Positions 35,172 to 44,115 of a stretch of DNA of 57,558 bases are shown here, piece by piece (within the stretch, counting starts at the first letter, position 1; every line of letters starts with the position of its first letter). A program made the position numbers and the translations under genes. Under the pieces are notes generated by a model. It saw nothing but the letters and a program-made list of their open reading frames with translations, did no database searches and had not been told where the DNA came from. The stretch is taken from contig JALOOZ010000009.1 in NCBI GenBank assembly GCA_025454155.1, positions 1 to 57,558 of the forward strand, in the 5' to 3' direction. The stretch comes from Thermodesulfobacteriota bacterium (GTDB lineage Bacteria; Desulfobacterota; Desulfomonilia; UBA1062).

Positions 35172-36457
35172 GCGTTCTTTTCCTCGCAGCGCCGGCACCA
35201 TTGCAGGGCGCCGAGATTCTGGTCATCGATGTGAAGGATGCCATATCCCCCCCCATAGCCACCTACATCATGGAGGGCATCGATGAGGCGGCCGAGACCA
35301 ACAAGGCTGCCATCATCATCAGGCTGGACACCCCGGGCGGACTGGACACCGCCATGCGGGACATCATTCAGAAGGAGCTGAACGCCTCTGTGCCGGTGGT
35401 CGTCTATGTCTCACCCAAAGGGGCGCGGGCAGCCTCGGCGGGAGCTCTGATCACGCTCGCCTCCGATGTGGCGGCCATGGCCCCCGGGACCAACATCGGC
35501 GCAGCACATCCCGTGAACATCGGGGGAGAGCAGGACAAGGAAGGGAAAGACAGCACCATGGTGGAGAAGGTGACCAACGATGCGGTGGCCTATGCCCGCA
35601 GCATCGCCCGTGATCGAGGAAGAAGCGAGCAGTGGGCCGAGGATATCGTTCGCAAGAGCATTTCCACACCCGCTCAGGATGCACTTGCCGTGGGGGTCAT
35701 CGACATTGTGGCCAATGACATGGAGGACCTGCTCAACCAGCTCGACGGGAGGAAGATAAAGAAGAACCTCACGACCTTTGTCCTGAAAACCAAGGACGCC
35801 AGCCTGGTGGTCAAACCCATGGGGTTCAGGGAGCGATTCCTGGCCATCCTTTCCAATCCCAATATTGCCTACATCCTCATGCTCATAGGCCTGGCAGGCA
35901 TCTACTTCGAGCTGTCAAGCCCAGGTGCCATTCTGCCCGGGGTCATCGGGGGTATATCCCTGATCCTGGCGTTCTTTGCATTCCAGACCCTTCCGGTGAA
36001 CTATGCCGGCTTTGGACTCATCGGCCTGGCCGTGATCATGTTCATTGCGGAGATCAAGGTACCGAGCTACGGACTGCTCACGGTCGGGGGCATCATCTCC
36101 ATGGTGCTGGGGGCGCTCCTTCTTTTCAGGACGCCCGAACTCTATGCCCAGGTGTCGCTGGGGGTCATCCTGCCGGTTACGCTGTTCTTCGCGGGGTTTT
36201 TTGCAGCGACCATCTACCTCGTGGTCAAGGCGCAGAGGACAACCTCAAGGGTGGGGGCTGAAGGTCTCCTTGGCGAGACCGCCGAAGTCTATGCCTGGGA
36301 CGAGCACGGCACAGGCAAGGTGATCTGCCATGGAGAGTACTGGAATGCCAAGGGGCCAGCCATGCTGAAACCCGGCCAGAAGGTCGTGGTCACGAAGCTG
36401 ACCGGTCTCGACCTCATGGTGAAGCCTGTCCCGGAGAACGGCGAGAAGACTGGATGA
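35099..36457 (+). CDS. NfeD-family membrane-bound ClpP-class serine protease
   Basis: A signal peptide is followed by a ClpP-like domain (RLDTPGGLDTAM...PKGARAASAGALI), a TM cluster and a C-terminal OB-like NfeD domain. The ATG at 35099 overlaps the udg gene by 73 nt, so the start is uncertain. Confidence 0.8.
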   Translation: MGRYQKGHGCSWNPAASIGALWALSVLFLAAPAPLQGAEILVIDVKDAISPPIATYIMEGIDEAAETNKAAIIIRLDTPGGLDTAMRDIIQKELNASVPVVVYVSPKGARAASAGALITLASDVAAMAPGTNIGAAHPVNIGGEQDKEGKDSTMVEKVTNDAVAYARSIARDRGRSEQWAEDIVRKSISTPAQDALAVGVIDIVANDMEDLLNQLDGRKIKKNLTTFVLKTKDASLVVKPMGFRERFLAILSNPNIAYILMLIGLAGIYFELSSPGAILPGVIGGISLILAFFAFQTLPVNYAGFGLIGLAVIMFIAEIKVPSYGLLTVGGIISMVLGALLLFRTPELYAQVSLGVILPVTLFFAGFFAATIYLVVKAQRTTSRVGAEGLLGETAEVYAWDEHGTGKVICHGEYWNAKGPAMLKPGQKVVVTKLTGLDLMVKPVPENGEKTG

Positions 36458-37485
36458 TCGCTGTCGCGCTCTCCGGAGGGGTGGATTCCTCTGCCGCGGC
36501 CATACTCCTCCATGAGCAGGGTCGGTCCATTATCGGGCTGACGCTCTCTCTCGATGAGCTCACCCCTGGCTCCCGGCAGGTTGACAGGGCAAGGATGCTC
36601 TGCCGCCGTCTCGGTATCGCCCACCATGTCGTTGAGGTCCATGGAGAATTCAAGGCCGTCAAGGAGTACTTCTGCAGGCAGTATCTTGCAGGCAGGACCC
36701 CGAACCCTTGCACGGTCTGCAACCGGGACATAAAGTTCGGGGTCTTGATGGACAGGGCTCGTTCCCTTGGCGCCGACCTGATTGCCACGGGTCATTATGT
36801 GAGAAAGGACGCCCTCGAGGGAAGGCTCTTCGTCGCCCGTGCCCGGGAGCTCAAGTCACAGGAATACTTTCTGGGCCTGGTGACCCAGCAGGCCCTTGCC
36901 GGGAGTGTCTTCCCTCTGGGCGGGTTCACCCGCTCCGAGGCACAAAGGATTGTGGCATCCGCGGGGCTGGATATTTCTGTGACCCAGAGCTCCCAGGATG
37001 TGTGCTTCATAGGGCCGGGCGGATATGGGGCATTCATCGAAACCCATGCAGGGATCATGAGCGAACCGGGGCCCATCCTGGATATCCGCGGTAGGACCAT
37101 TGGCATCCACAGGGGGGCACTGAGATACACCATCGGCCAGCGCAAGGGGATCGGCATCGGTCTTGGCAGGAGGGTCTATGTCCTCGCCATAGATGCTGCT
37201 GGGAATACCATTACCGTTGGCGATGGAAGGGACTGGAAGCACAGGGGTTTTCTTGTGCCTGAACTGCACTGCATGAAAATGGAGCGGCCGAGCGAGCCTG
37301 TGGCAGTCAGGGTGAAGGTTCGCTATCGCCAGGAGGCACAGCCTGCGGTGATGTATCCGGAAGGGGTGGCCGGGGCACGTGTCGAGTACGGGGGCATCTA
37401 TGCACCTGGCCAGCTCGCGGTTTTCTATGATGACGACGATGCAGTCCTCTGTGCCGGATTCATCGACCACCTGCCTGGTTCCTGA
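36454..37485 (+). CDS. mnmA: tRNA 2-thiouridine(34) synthase
   Basis: MIAVALSGGVDSSAAAILL PP-loop, GRTPNPCTVCNRDIKF and ATGHY. ATGA overlap with nfeD. Confidence 0.9.
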   Translation: MIAVALSGGVDSSAAAILLHEQGRSIIGLTLSLDELTPGSRQVDRARMLCRRLGIAHHVVEVHGEFKAVKEYFCRQYLAGRTPNPCTVCNRDIKFGVLMDRARSLGADLIATGHYVRKDALEGRLFVARARELKSQEYFLGLVTQQALAGSVFPLGGFTRSEAQRIVASAGLDISVTQSSQDVCFIGPGGYGAFIETHAGIMSEPGPILDIRGRTIGIHRGALRYTIGQRKGIGIGLGRRVYVLAIDAAGNTITVGDGRDWKHRGFLVPELHCMKMERPSEPVAVRVKVRYRQEAQPAVMYPEGVAGARVEYGGIYAPGQLAVFYDDDDAVLCAGFIDHLPGS

Positions 37486-37544
37486 GGCCGATCGTCTGCG
37501 GGGAAGTCTTTCTTGACCGGCACTTTTCGCGCGGGTATCCTGGT

Positions 37545-38180
37545 ATGCATGTCGAGGAGGTCCGGATGCGGAGCATTTCATCTTATGGAAACAAGCCGAT
37601 ACATACAAGGAGCATATCTGTCGCCACATATCCGGCGGACGAACATGCCATCATAGTCGAAGGCAGGCTCAAAGATGAGCGCCTCCAGGAAATTATTTCC
37701 ATAACCTCTCAAGAGAAGATCCCTCCGGGTGTGGTCCACGAGATAGTATTGAGACTGCTGGTCCGTGGTCCGAAGCTCACCATCGAGGATCTGGAGGTGG
37801 AATACGTGCATATGCCGAGGGAGGCCTGTCATGAAACGGTCAACTGTCTCAGGCCGCTTATCGGTCGTACCATATCACCGGGTTTCACCTCATATGCAAA
37901 GAGCACCTTCGGCGGGCCCCGGGGGTGCACACATCTGAATGCCCTGCTCATCGCCATGGCACCGGCCGCTGTCCAGGGCTTCTGGAATCATGCCGTAGCC
38001 AGGAAGATGCAGCCTGCGGAAGCGGCCCAAGTCATGGATAAGCATCTCCTCATCGATTCGTGCTGGGTGTGGCGCTCGGATGGACCGCTGGTCGAGGAAC
38101 TCGGAAGGATTCTCTCCGCCCAGGGAACCCGGGCCGGAAAAGGTACGCCGGAGGGTCCGGACAGCATGGAGGGGCAATGA
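37545..38180 (+). CDS. DUF2889 domain protein
   Basis: IHTRSISVATYPADEHAIIVEGRLKDER...GPRGCTHLNALL is the pattern I associate with DUF2889. Confidence 0.6.
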   Translation: MHVEEVRMRSISSYGNKPIHTRSISVATYPADEHAIIVEGRLKDERLQEIISITSQEKIPPGVVHEIVLRLLVRGPKLTIEDLEVEYVHMPREACHETVNCLRPLIGRTISPGFTSYAKSTFGGPRGCTHLNALLIAMAPAAVQGFWNHAVARKMQPAEAAQVMDKHLLIDSCWVWRSDGPLVEELGRILSAQGTRAGKGTPEGPDSMEGQ

Positions 38181-38926
38181 TCACCATCGGGGGCAGGGCA
38201 CACGCCATGCCGGAGGTCCATGAAGTGGCCAGGCTCGGTTACCCCTTTATCGAGATGTCCCTGGAGGACCCCGGGGTTGTCTCTTCCCAGTTGACGGAAC
38301 TGCTGGAGATACGGAGAACCTGGGGACTCACCTATCTGGGTCATTATCCCAACGAGGACAATCCCTTTGATGTGGCCGTGCTCAGGGAACGGTTCCTGCC
38401 ACGCATCAAGGCGCTTATTGACATATCCGAGCCCCTGGGGATAGACAAGGCGACCATGCATTTCTGGATCGACAGGCGGTGGGCGCCCGCAGGCCTTGTA
38501 CCGAAAAAGCTCGAGCTGCTCGATGAGATCGTGACATATGCCTCGAGGGCAGGTGTCGTCATATGCATTGAGAACCTGAGCGAGCGCCATGACAGTTTCC
38601 AACCTGCATTCGAGGCCATCCCTGACCTCAGGATGACCCTGGATATCGGTCATGCCCAGCTCCTGGCACGAGAGAACACCTCATACCGGTTCATCGAGCA
38701 TTGCATGGATAAGATCGAGCACGTGCACGTGCATGACAACCGTGGGGGCACGAGCGTCAAGGATGACCTCCACCTTGCCCTTGGGGAAGGCTCGGTGAAG
38801 TATGAGTCCATCCTCTCTTCTCTGGTGGGCAAGGGGTACGATTCATCCATCACCATGGAGGTGAAGCCTGTCGACATGCCCCGCACCATGGCGACCCTGA
38901 GGCAATGCATCGGACTGACGGACTGA
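38177..38926 (+). CDS. Sugar phosphate isomerase/epimerase (xylose-isomerase-like TIM barrel)
   Basis: The start is moved to the ATG at 38177 (ATGA overlap with the upstream stop). Pattern: FIEMSL...ICIENL...LDIGHAQL...HVHVHDN. Confidence 0.75.
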   Translation: MITIGGRAHAMPEVHEVARLGYPFIEMSLEDPGVVSSQLTELLEIRRTWGLTYLGHYPNEDNPFDVAVLRERFLPRIKALIDISEPLGIDKATMHFWIDRRWAPAGLVPKKLELLDEIVTYASRAGVVICIENLSERHDSFQPAFEAIPDLRMTLDIGHAQLLARENTSYRFIEHCMDKIEHVHVHDNRGGTSVKDDLHLALGEGSVKYESILSSLVGKGYDSSITMEVKPVDMPRTMATLRQCIGLTD

Positions 38927-39010
38927 CAGAGGGCGTCAGGAGGATGCAGGCCCGTCACCAAGCTCCGGCTTCCCTTGACTTGCTCACGGGCCAGGGATAA
39001 GGAGAGGGAC

Positions 39011-40702
39011 ATGGTATGCATCGCTCCTGAATGGGTGATCCGAGGGCACGTGGATGACCATGCGCTTCCTACCCTGAACTTCACCCCTGCATTCCGTTCC
39101 CTTATGCGCGGCCGGGGGATGCATGACCCGGGCGAAGTGATGAGCTTCCTCGCTCCCAACCTCGGCCAACTCAGGGATCCCCGACCCATGAAGGGAATGA
39201 GCAGGGCCTGCCGGCGCATCATGGATGCCATCCACGCTCAGGAGACCATCGGTGTCTTCACCGATTACGATGTGGATGGTGTATGCTCTGCTGCACTCAT
39301 ACACCGTTTTCTGACGGGCATCGGCTGCAAGCCGCCGGTGGTTTTCATCCCGGACCGCATCAATGACGGATACGGCCTCAATATGCGCGGCATCGACGAG
39401 CTGTACTCCCAGGGAGCGACCCTGCTGGTGACGGCAGATTGCGGCATCACTGCCCTGGAAGAGGTCCGGTATGCCAACACCTTGGGCATGGACGTGATCA
39501 TCACGGACCACCATGAAGTGGACGAGAAGCTCCCTGAAGCCCATGCAGTCATCAATCCGAAGCAGACGGACTGCCTGTTTTCCGGGGAGGATCTCTGCGG
39601 GGCCGGGGTGGTTTTCCACCTCATCGTCGCGCTGCGCTCCCTTCTGCGTGAACAGGGAGTGGAAAACCTTCCCAATCTGAAGGATGAGCTCGATATCGTT
39701 GCCATGGCAACGGTTGCCGATGCCGTGGCCCTGTCAGGCTTGAATCGTATTCTCGTGAAAGAGGGGCTTTCCGTCCTGAATTCGGCCTTGAGGGTGGGCT
39801 TCTCGGCGCTGGTCAAGGTAGCTGGCATCAAGAAGGAGCTTATCTCGCGGGACCTGGGCTTCATCCTTGGCCCGAGGATCAATGCCGCGGGAAGGATTTC
39901 GGATGCCAGGAAGGCATTTGATCTGCTCATCACCGATGATGCCGGGCACGCGCATCTGTTGGCCCAGGAGCTCGACACCCTGAACAGAAAGAGGCAGATC
40001 CATGAGCAGAAGGTCCTTGAGATGGCACTGCAACAGCTGAAAGACCATCCATGCCCAGGAAATGTGACGATCGTGTGTGGAAGGGACTGGCACATCGGTG
40101 TCCTGGGCATCGTGGCATCGCGGCTGGTGAGCCTCTTTTCCCGGCCGGCCCTGGTCATTTCCATCATGGACGGCCTCGGCACAGGGTCGGGGAGATCGAT
40201 GGTGGGGATTGATCTCCATAGTGCACTGGCCCAGGCGTCCGGTCTGCTCAACTCTTTCGGTGGGCACAAGATGGCCGTGGGCCTGAGCGTTTCGGAAGAG
40301 CGGATCCCCTTGCTGCTGCCGACCCTGAACGATATCATCGGTTCCCAGATGAACGCTCGGGAGCGCACCTTTGAAGTGGATCTGAGGATTTCTCCCTTTG
40401 ATCTTACACCGACACTCCTGGAAGAGCTGGAACTTCTCGCGCCTTTCGGGGAGGGCAATCCTGAGCCTGTCTTCCTCATCTCCTCCATGGAGATCGTGGG
40501 CAGCAAGGTTTTCGACGATGGACAGACCAAGCTTATCCTCAAGCATTCAAACAGGGTGTTCCACACACTCCGGAGTCCGGTCGGCAATGGTTTCTGCGAA
40601 AAGGGGAAATTCCTAGACGTGGCGTTTACGCCGGTGAAAATGCGCCTCAATGGGCATAACTACCTGTACTTGTCCTTGAAGGCACTGGCATCTTCGCGCT
40701 GA
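39011..40702 (+). CDS. recJ: Single-stranded-DNA-specific exonuclease RecJ
   Basis: DHH motifs (FTDYDVDGVCSAAL, TADCG, ITDHH) plus DHHA1 (GGHKMAVG). The ATG at 39011 is preferred because the AAGGAGAGGG RBS lies upstream. The ORF-track start is a TTG at 38975. Confidence 0.9.
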   Translation: MVCIAPEWVIRGHVDDHALPTLNFTPAFRSLMRGRGMHDPGEVMSFLAPNLGQLRDPRPMKGMSRACRRIMDAIHAQETIGVFTDYDVDGVCSAALIHRFLTGIGCKPPVVFIPDRINDGYGLNMRGIDELYSQGATLLVTADCGITALEEVRYANTLGMDVIITDHHEVDEKLPEAHAVINPKQTDCLFSGEDLCGAGVVFHLIVALRSLLREQGVENLPNLKDELDIVAMATVADAVALSGLNRILVKEGLSVLNSALRVGFSALVKVAGIKKELISRDLGFILGPRINAAGRISDARKAFDLLITDDAGHAHLLAQELDTLNRKRQIHEQKVLEMALQQLKDHPCPGNVTIVCGRDWHIGVLGIVASRLVSLFSRPALVISIMDGLGTGSGRSMVGIDLHSALAQASGLLNSFGGHKMAVGLSVSEERIPLLLPTLNDIIGSQMNARERTFEVDLRISPFDLTPTLLEELELLAPFGEGNPEPVFLISSMEIVGSKVFDDGQTKLILKHSNRVFHTLRSPVGNGFCEKGKFLDVAFTPVKMRLNGHNYLYLSLKALASSR

Positions 40703-41612
40703 ACCGCTCCGCCAGAACCTTCTGGTTCTGGAGCTGGCTCTTGATTGCTGCAGGCACGATCTCCTTGAAGACCCTGGGCTGACCAAAAAGAGCAAGGCCC
40801 AGAACGCACAGCGCGAGCACTACATACAGCGCAACCTTCCTGATTCTGGAGATGAAGAGGTTCCGTGCGATGGATGTGTCTCGTATGTCTGTGGCCCCCT
40901 CTGGGAAGACCTCCACAAGCCCTATGTCCATGAGCCGTACTATGGAGCTCAGGGCCTCGAAGGGAGGCTCCAGAGACTCCCGCACGATCCTCTCGACGGT
41001 TCGCTTGTCGTCTATGAGATCGTAGATGTGCAGGTCTACCTCGGAAAGGTCGTGATGTCGCACGAGCTCTTCGGTGATGGGGATGATGGTTACCGGGCAG
41101 TAGTCCACCGGGGGTATCTTCTGTTTGATCGTCGGCCATTCATCGATGATGCGCAGCGTGTCCAGTATGGCGCCTTCCGTGGGGATATGGCAGGTCAGCA
41201 TGGTCTGGTGCTCGGTATTCCAGTCCTCGAATTTATAGCTGCCCTCTCTCCACTGGAAGACCTCAAGCAGGATCTGCTTGATCACGACGTTCGACGCCCG
41301 CTCCAGGAAGATCTTTTTCAACTGTCCTTTGGTAATGAGTATCTCGTGCCAGCTCTGCGAGTTCTTTTTTTCGCTATCGAAAGCCGCCTTGAGATCCTTT
41401 TCGTGAATGCAACCTGCCTTGAGGAGCACGTCAGCCCTCGGATCTCGCTCCCACTGATCAGAGTTGATGCCTACTATGATGCCGTTTTCAAAGGTGATGG
41501 TGATAGTTGCCTTGGATGAAGACAGAACCAGCGCCCCTGTCTTCATCTGCTGGGAGATGAGCTGGAAGATCTCCGTGACTCCAAATCCCTTGAGCGTACC
41601 GAGGAGAGCCAT
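40647..41612 (-). CDS. PATAN/DUF4388 domain protein
   Basis: The N-terminus (LLGTLKGFGVTEIFQLISQQMKTGALVL) is the DUF4388 (PatA N-terminal) signature. It is the last gene of the MglA-like cluster. Its 3' end overlaps the recJ 3' end by 56 nt (convergent). Confidence 0.7.
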   Translation of the reverse strand: MALLGTLKGFGVTEIFQLISQQMKTGALVLSSSKATITITFENGIIVGINSDQWERDPRADVLLKAGCIHEKDLKAAFDSEKKNSQSWHEILITKGQLKKIFLERASNVVIKQILLEVFQWREGSYKFEDWNTEHQTMLTCHIPTEGAILDTLRIIDEWPTIKQKIPPVDYCPVTIIPITEELVRHHDLSEVDLHIYDLIDDKRTVERIVRESLEPPFEALSSIVRLMDIGLVEVFPEGATDIRDTSIARNLFISRIRKVALYVVLALCVLGLALFGQPRVFKEIVPAAIKSQLQNQKVLAERFSAKMPVPSRTSTGSYAH

Positions 41613-41614
41613 CT

Positions 41615-43141
41615 TTACACCCCGTATCTGATGGGAGGAGCCTTGTAGGCCCTCAGTACCAGGAAGCCGAGACAGACGAGCCCGATGATTCGTATGATCG
41701 TAGTGATGTTCGTCTCCACCGGGATGAAGGAGACGATGATGTTTCCTCCGGTCAGGATTGCCAGGAGCGAGATGCTCAGCATGGCGATACGCGTGATCGC
41801 CATAGCGGTCCTGTTGGTCAGCAAAGATCCGAGCCCAGGCAGGGCCATCTCGAGCCTGAGCATCTTGTGGTAGCTGGATGTCTTGAACTTCCTGATCTCC
41901 TCAGTCTTGTGGTGCTGGATGCTGTTTCCCTGCTTTTTCCCCCTGGCGTCCAACCAGGAGCACTGGAGACACATGGGTTTGCCGGAATTCGTACTGGTTC
42001 CCGAATAGTACAGCTTGCCGCAGCGACTGCACTGCTTGGTGAATTTTTCCTCCGGGATGTAGCTCATCATGAGGAGCACCATGAAGAGGCCAAGGCCGAA
42101 ATAGATGCTCGTTTTTCTCGGCAGCAGACCGAAGGCAAAAGACCACAGTGCATCGGCTGAAACCTTGAGGTCATCCGAGGGCCTCATCTGACGTGCGAGC
42201 TGACGGGCCAGCGGGGTGGTCTCAAGGATATAACGGGTCTTGCCCAGCGCATTTTCTCTGTCCAGGAGGTGCCTCACTCCTTCTGCGTCTATGCCGCTTG
42301 CCGCTGCAATGGCCTTCTCCCCCTCGTAGAAGTTGTATGTCGACTGGTAGAGCCTGCTCACGTTGTAGTGGTAGACCATGTTGCCCGGCATGAGATTGAT
42401 GGCATTCTGAAAGGCCTTGAGTGCTTCCCTGGTTTTGCCCGTACCGAGCAGGGCGATGGCAAGATGGTTGTAGTACCTTGGATTGTTCGGCTCCAGATCT
42501 ATGCCTCGGTTGAGGAGCCTGATGGCCTCCGAGTAGTTCGCGCTGTTCAGCTCATTGATGGCCAGTGTGTTCATGGGCTCTGCATCAGCAGGATGCTGTT
42601 GAATCCATGAGGTGATGGCCTGGGTATCGTCGATTCCGTTCAACCTGTGCTCAACGGCATAAATCTGGCGGTTGAGATGATTTTCCGCATAGGCAATGCA
42701 TCCGGCGCCCACATGGGTGATCCATCCCGAGATGATGATGAGAAAAAGGAAAAAGGAGGTGATGCGCTTTTCTGAGGGTATCATGTATCCCCACAGCAGG
42801 AGGAACCACCAGAGCAGCAGTATCATGGGGCCAACATCGAAGAACAACGGGATGATGAGAATGAAGAAGATCCAGGCGATGAGACCCCCATCGGGCAGGT
42901 CGTTGTTGGTGATATTCCTGACGTCGTTGAGCATCAGGGGGGTGTATTTGACGATGAGACACACGCCAACCAGGAAAAGCGACAGAAGTGTGGCAGAGAT
43001 GACAAAAAGGTAACCGTTTCCCAGGATTGTGGTGATGACCGGCCAGGATAAGGGGATTCCCTGTATGGTTGTTGCGGGTAATATCCCTGTAAGTATCGAC
43101 AAGCCCTGCAAATCCTTATCCCTCCGGCTTGAATCCATCAA
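41615..43141 (-). CDS. Polytopic membrane protein with TPR repeats and a CxxC...CxxC zinc-ribbon
   Basis: N-terminal TM cluster, TPR block (NSANYSEAIRLLNRGIDLEPNNPRYYNHLAIALLGTGKTREALKAFQNAINLMP), CSRCGKLYYSGTSTNSGKPMCLQCS, then C-terminal TM segments. Confidence 0.7.
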   Translation of the reverse strand: MMDSSRRDKDLQGLSILTGILPATTIQGIPLSWPVITTILGNGYLFVISATLLSLFLVGVCLIVKYTPLMLNDVRNITNNDLPDGGLIAWIFFILIIPLFFDVGPMILLLWWFLLLWGYMIPSEKRITSFFLFLIIISGWITHVGAGCIAYAENHLNRQIYAVEHRLNGIDDTQAITSWIQQHPADAEPMNTLAINELNSANYSEAIRLLNRGIDLEPNNPRYYNHLAIALLGTGKTREALKAFQNAINLMPGNMVYHYNVSRLYQSTYNFYEGEKAIAAASGIDAEGVRHLLDRENALGKTRYILETTPLARQLARQMRPSDDLKVSADALWSFAFGLLPRKTSIYFGLGLFMVLLMMSYIPEEKFTKQCSRCGKLYYSGTSTNSGKPMCLQCSWLDARGKKQGNSIQHHKTEEIRKFKTSSYHKMLRLEMALPGLGSLLTNRTAMAITRIAMLSISLLAILTGGNIIVSFIPVETNITTIIRIIGLVCLGFLVLRAYKAPPIRYGV

Positions 43142-44114
43142 GCTTGACGGCCAAATCCATCCTGTAAACCTTCGTATCGCCTTCGATCTTAACCCTTATG
43201 GGTATGCTGATGGCATTTGCAGAGATAATTTCTGCATTATCCGTGCCTACGATCTGTATCCTTCCTGCGGTGACCCTTGCATTGGGATCAACAGGGGGGT
43301 CCATCTCTCCGTACAAGGACCGTCCGGGTTCGGCTTCGAGATGACGATCAGGTGCCGGCTCATCGTACAGGGACAGGTCTGGAGTCGGCCCTGGATGACG
43401 GGCATCGGGTGACTCTCCATGGGGGGATCTGGTCGCCGGTGTGTGCTGCTGGGGAGAAGACGGGGAGATGTCGGCAGAACCGGGAATCTTCGCCTGGGGG
43501 GAAGCAGCGGGTCTATGCTGCTTGCCGCTCGTTCCCATCTCTATGTGCTGGAGCACCATCTTGGTGACCTTGGTCAGTGTCTCCAGAACACCTTCCCCTG
43601 TCGTTGCAACAGTCTCAAAGGATGGATAACCATAAGGATTCAGGATCTGTTCCATCTCAGAGACAGGGGTGACATCCGGCAGATCGCGCTTGTTGTACTG
43701 GATCACCAGCGGGATCGTTTTCAGGCTCTTGCCGTAGTAGTTCAGGTTCTCTTCCAGGTTGTTCAGGCTCTCGATGTTTTCTTCCATCTTGTCCCGCTGC
43801 GAGTCGGCGACGAAAACGAGCCCGTCCACGCCGGTGAGCACGGCCCTTCGCGTGGAGTTATAGTACACCTGGCCGGGTACCGTATAGAAGTGAAGTCTCG
43901 TCTTGAAACCACGGATATTTGCGATCTCAATCGGGAGAAAATCGAAGAACAGAGTGCGGTCCGCCTCGGTTGCGAGGGAGACGAGCTTCCCTTTCTGATC
44001 CGGCTTTATACTTGCATAGATCGACTGGATGTTCGTGGTCTTTCCACACAGGGAAGGGCCGTAGTAGACTATTTTAGCAGAGATCTCCTTCTTGGAATAA
44101 TTGATGACAGCCAT
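43116..44114 (-). CDS. MglA-like Ras-superfamily small GTPase with ~140-aa C-terminal extension
   Basis: MAVINYSKKEISAKIVYYGPSLCGKTTNIQ...ADRTLFFDFLPIE...FYTVPGQVYY...VIQYNKRDLP is colinear with Myxococcus MglA for about 195 aa. A Pro/Ser-rich linker and a short beta-rich tail follow. The ATG at 44114 sits behind GGAGGA and 1 nt after the upstream TAA. Confidence 0.88.
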   Translation of the reverse strand: MAVINYSKKEISAKIVYYGPSLCGKTTNIQSIYASIKPDQKGKLVSLATEADRTLFFDFLPIEIANIRGFKTRLHFYTVPGQVYYNSTRRAVLTGVDGLVFVADSQRDKMEENIESLNNLEENLNYYGKSLKTIPLVIQYNKRDLPDVTPVSEMEQILNPYGYPSFETVATTGEGVLETLTKVTKMVLQHIEMGTSGKQHRPAASPQAKIPGSADISPSSPQQHTPATRSPHGESPDARHPGPTPDLSLYDEPAPDRHLEAEPGRSLYGEMDPPVDPNARVTAGRIQIVGTDNAEIISANAISIPIRVKIEGDTKVYRMDLAVKLDGFKPEG

Positions 44115-44115
44115 G

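Noticed and set aside
35099-36457. NfeD protease lacking the usual adjacent SPFH/stomatin partner gene.
   Set aside because: The absence is real within the window, but the partner can be encoded elsewhere. It is not unusual enough to report as a finding.
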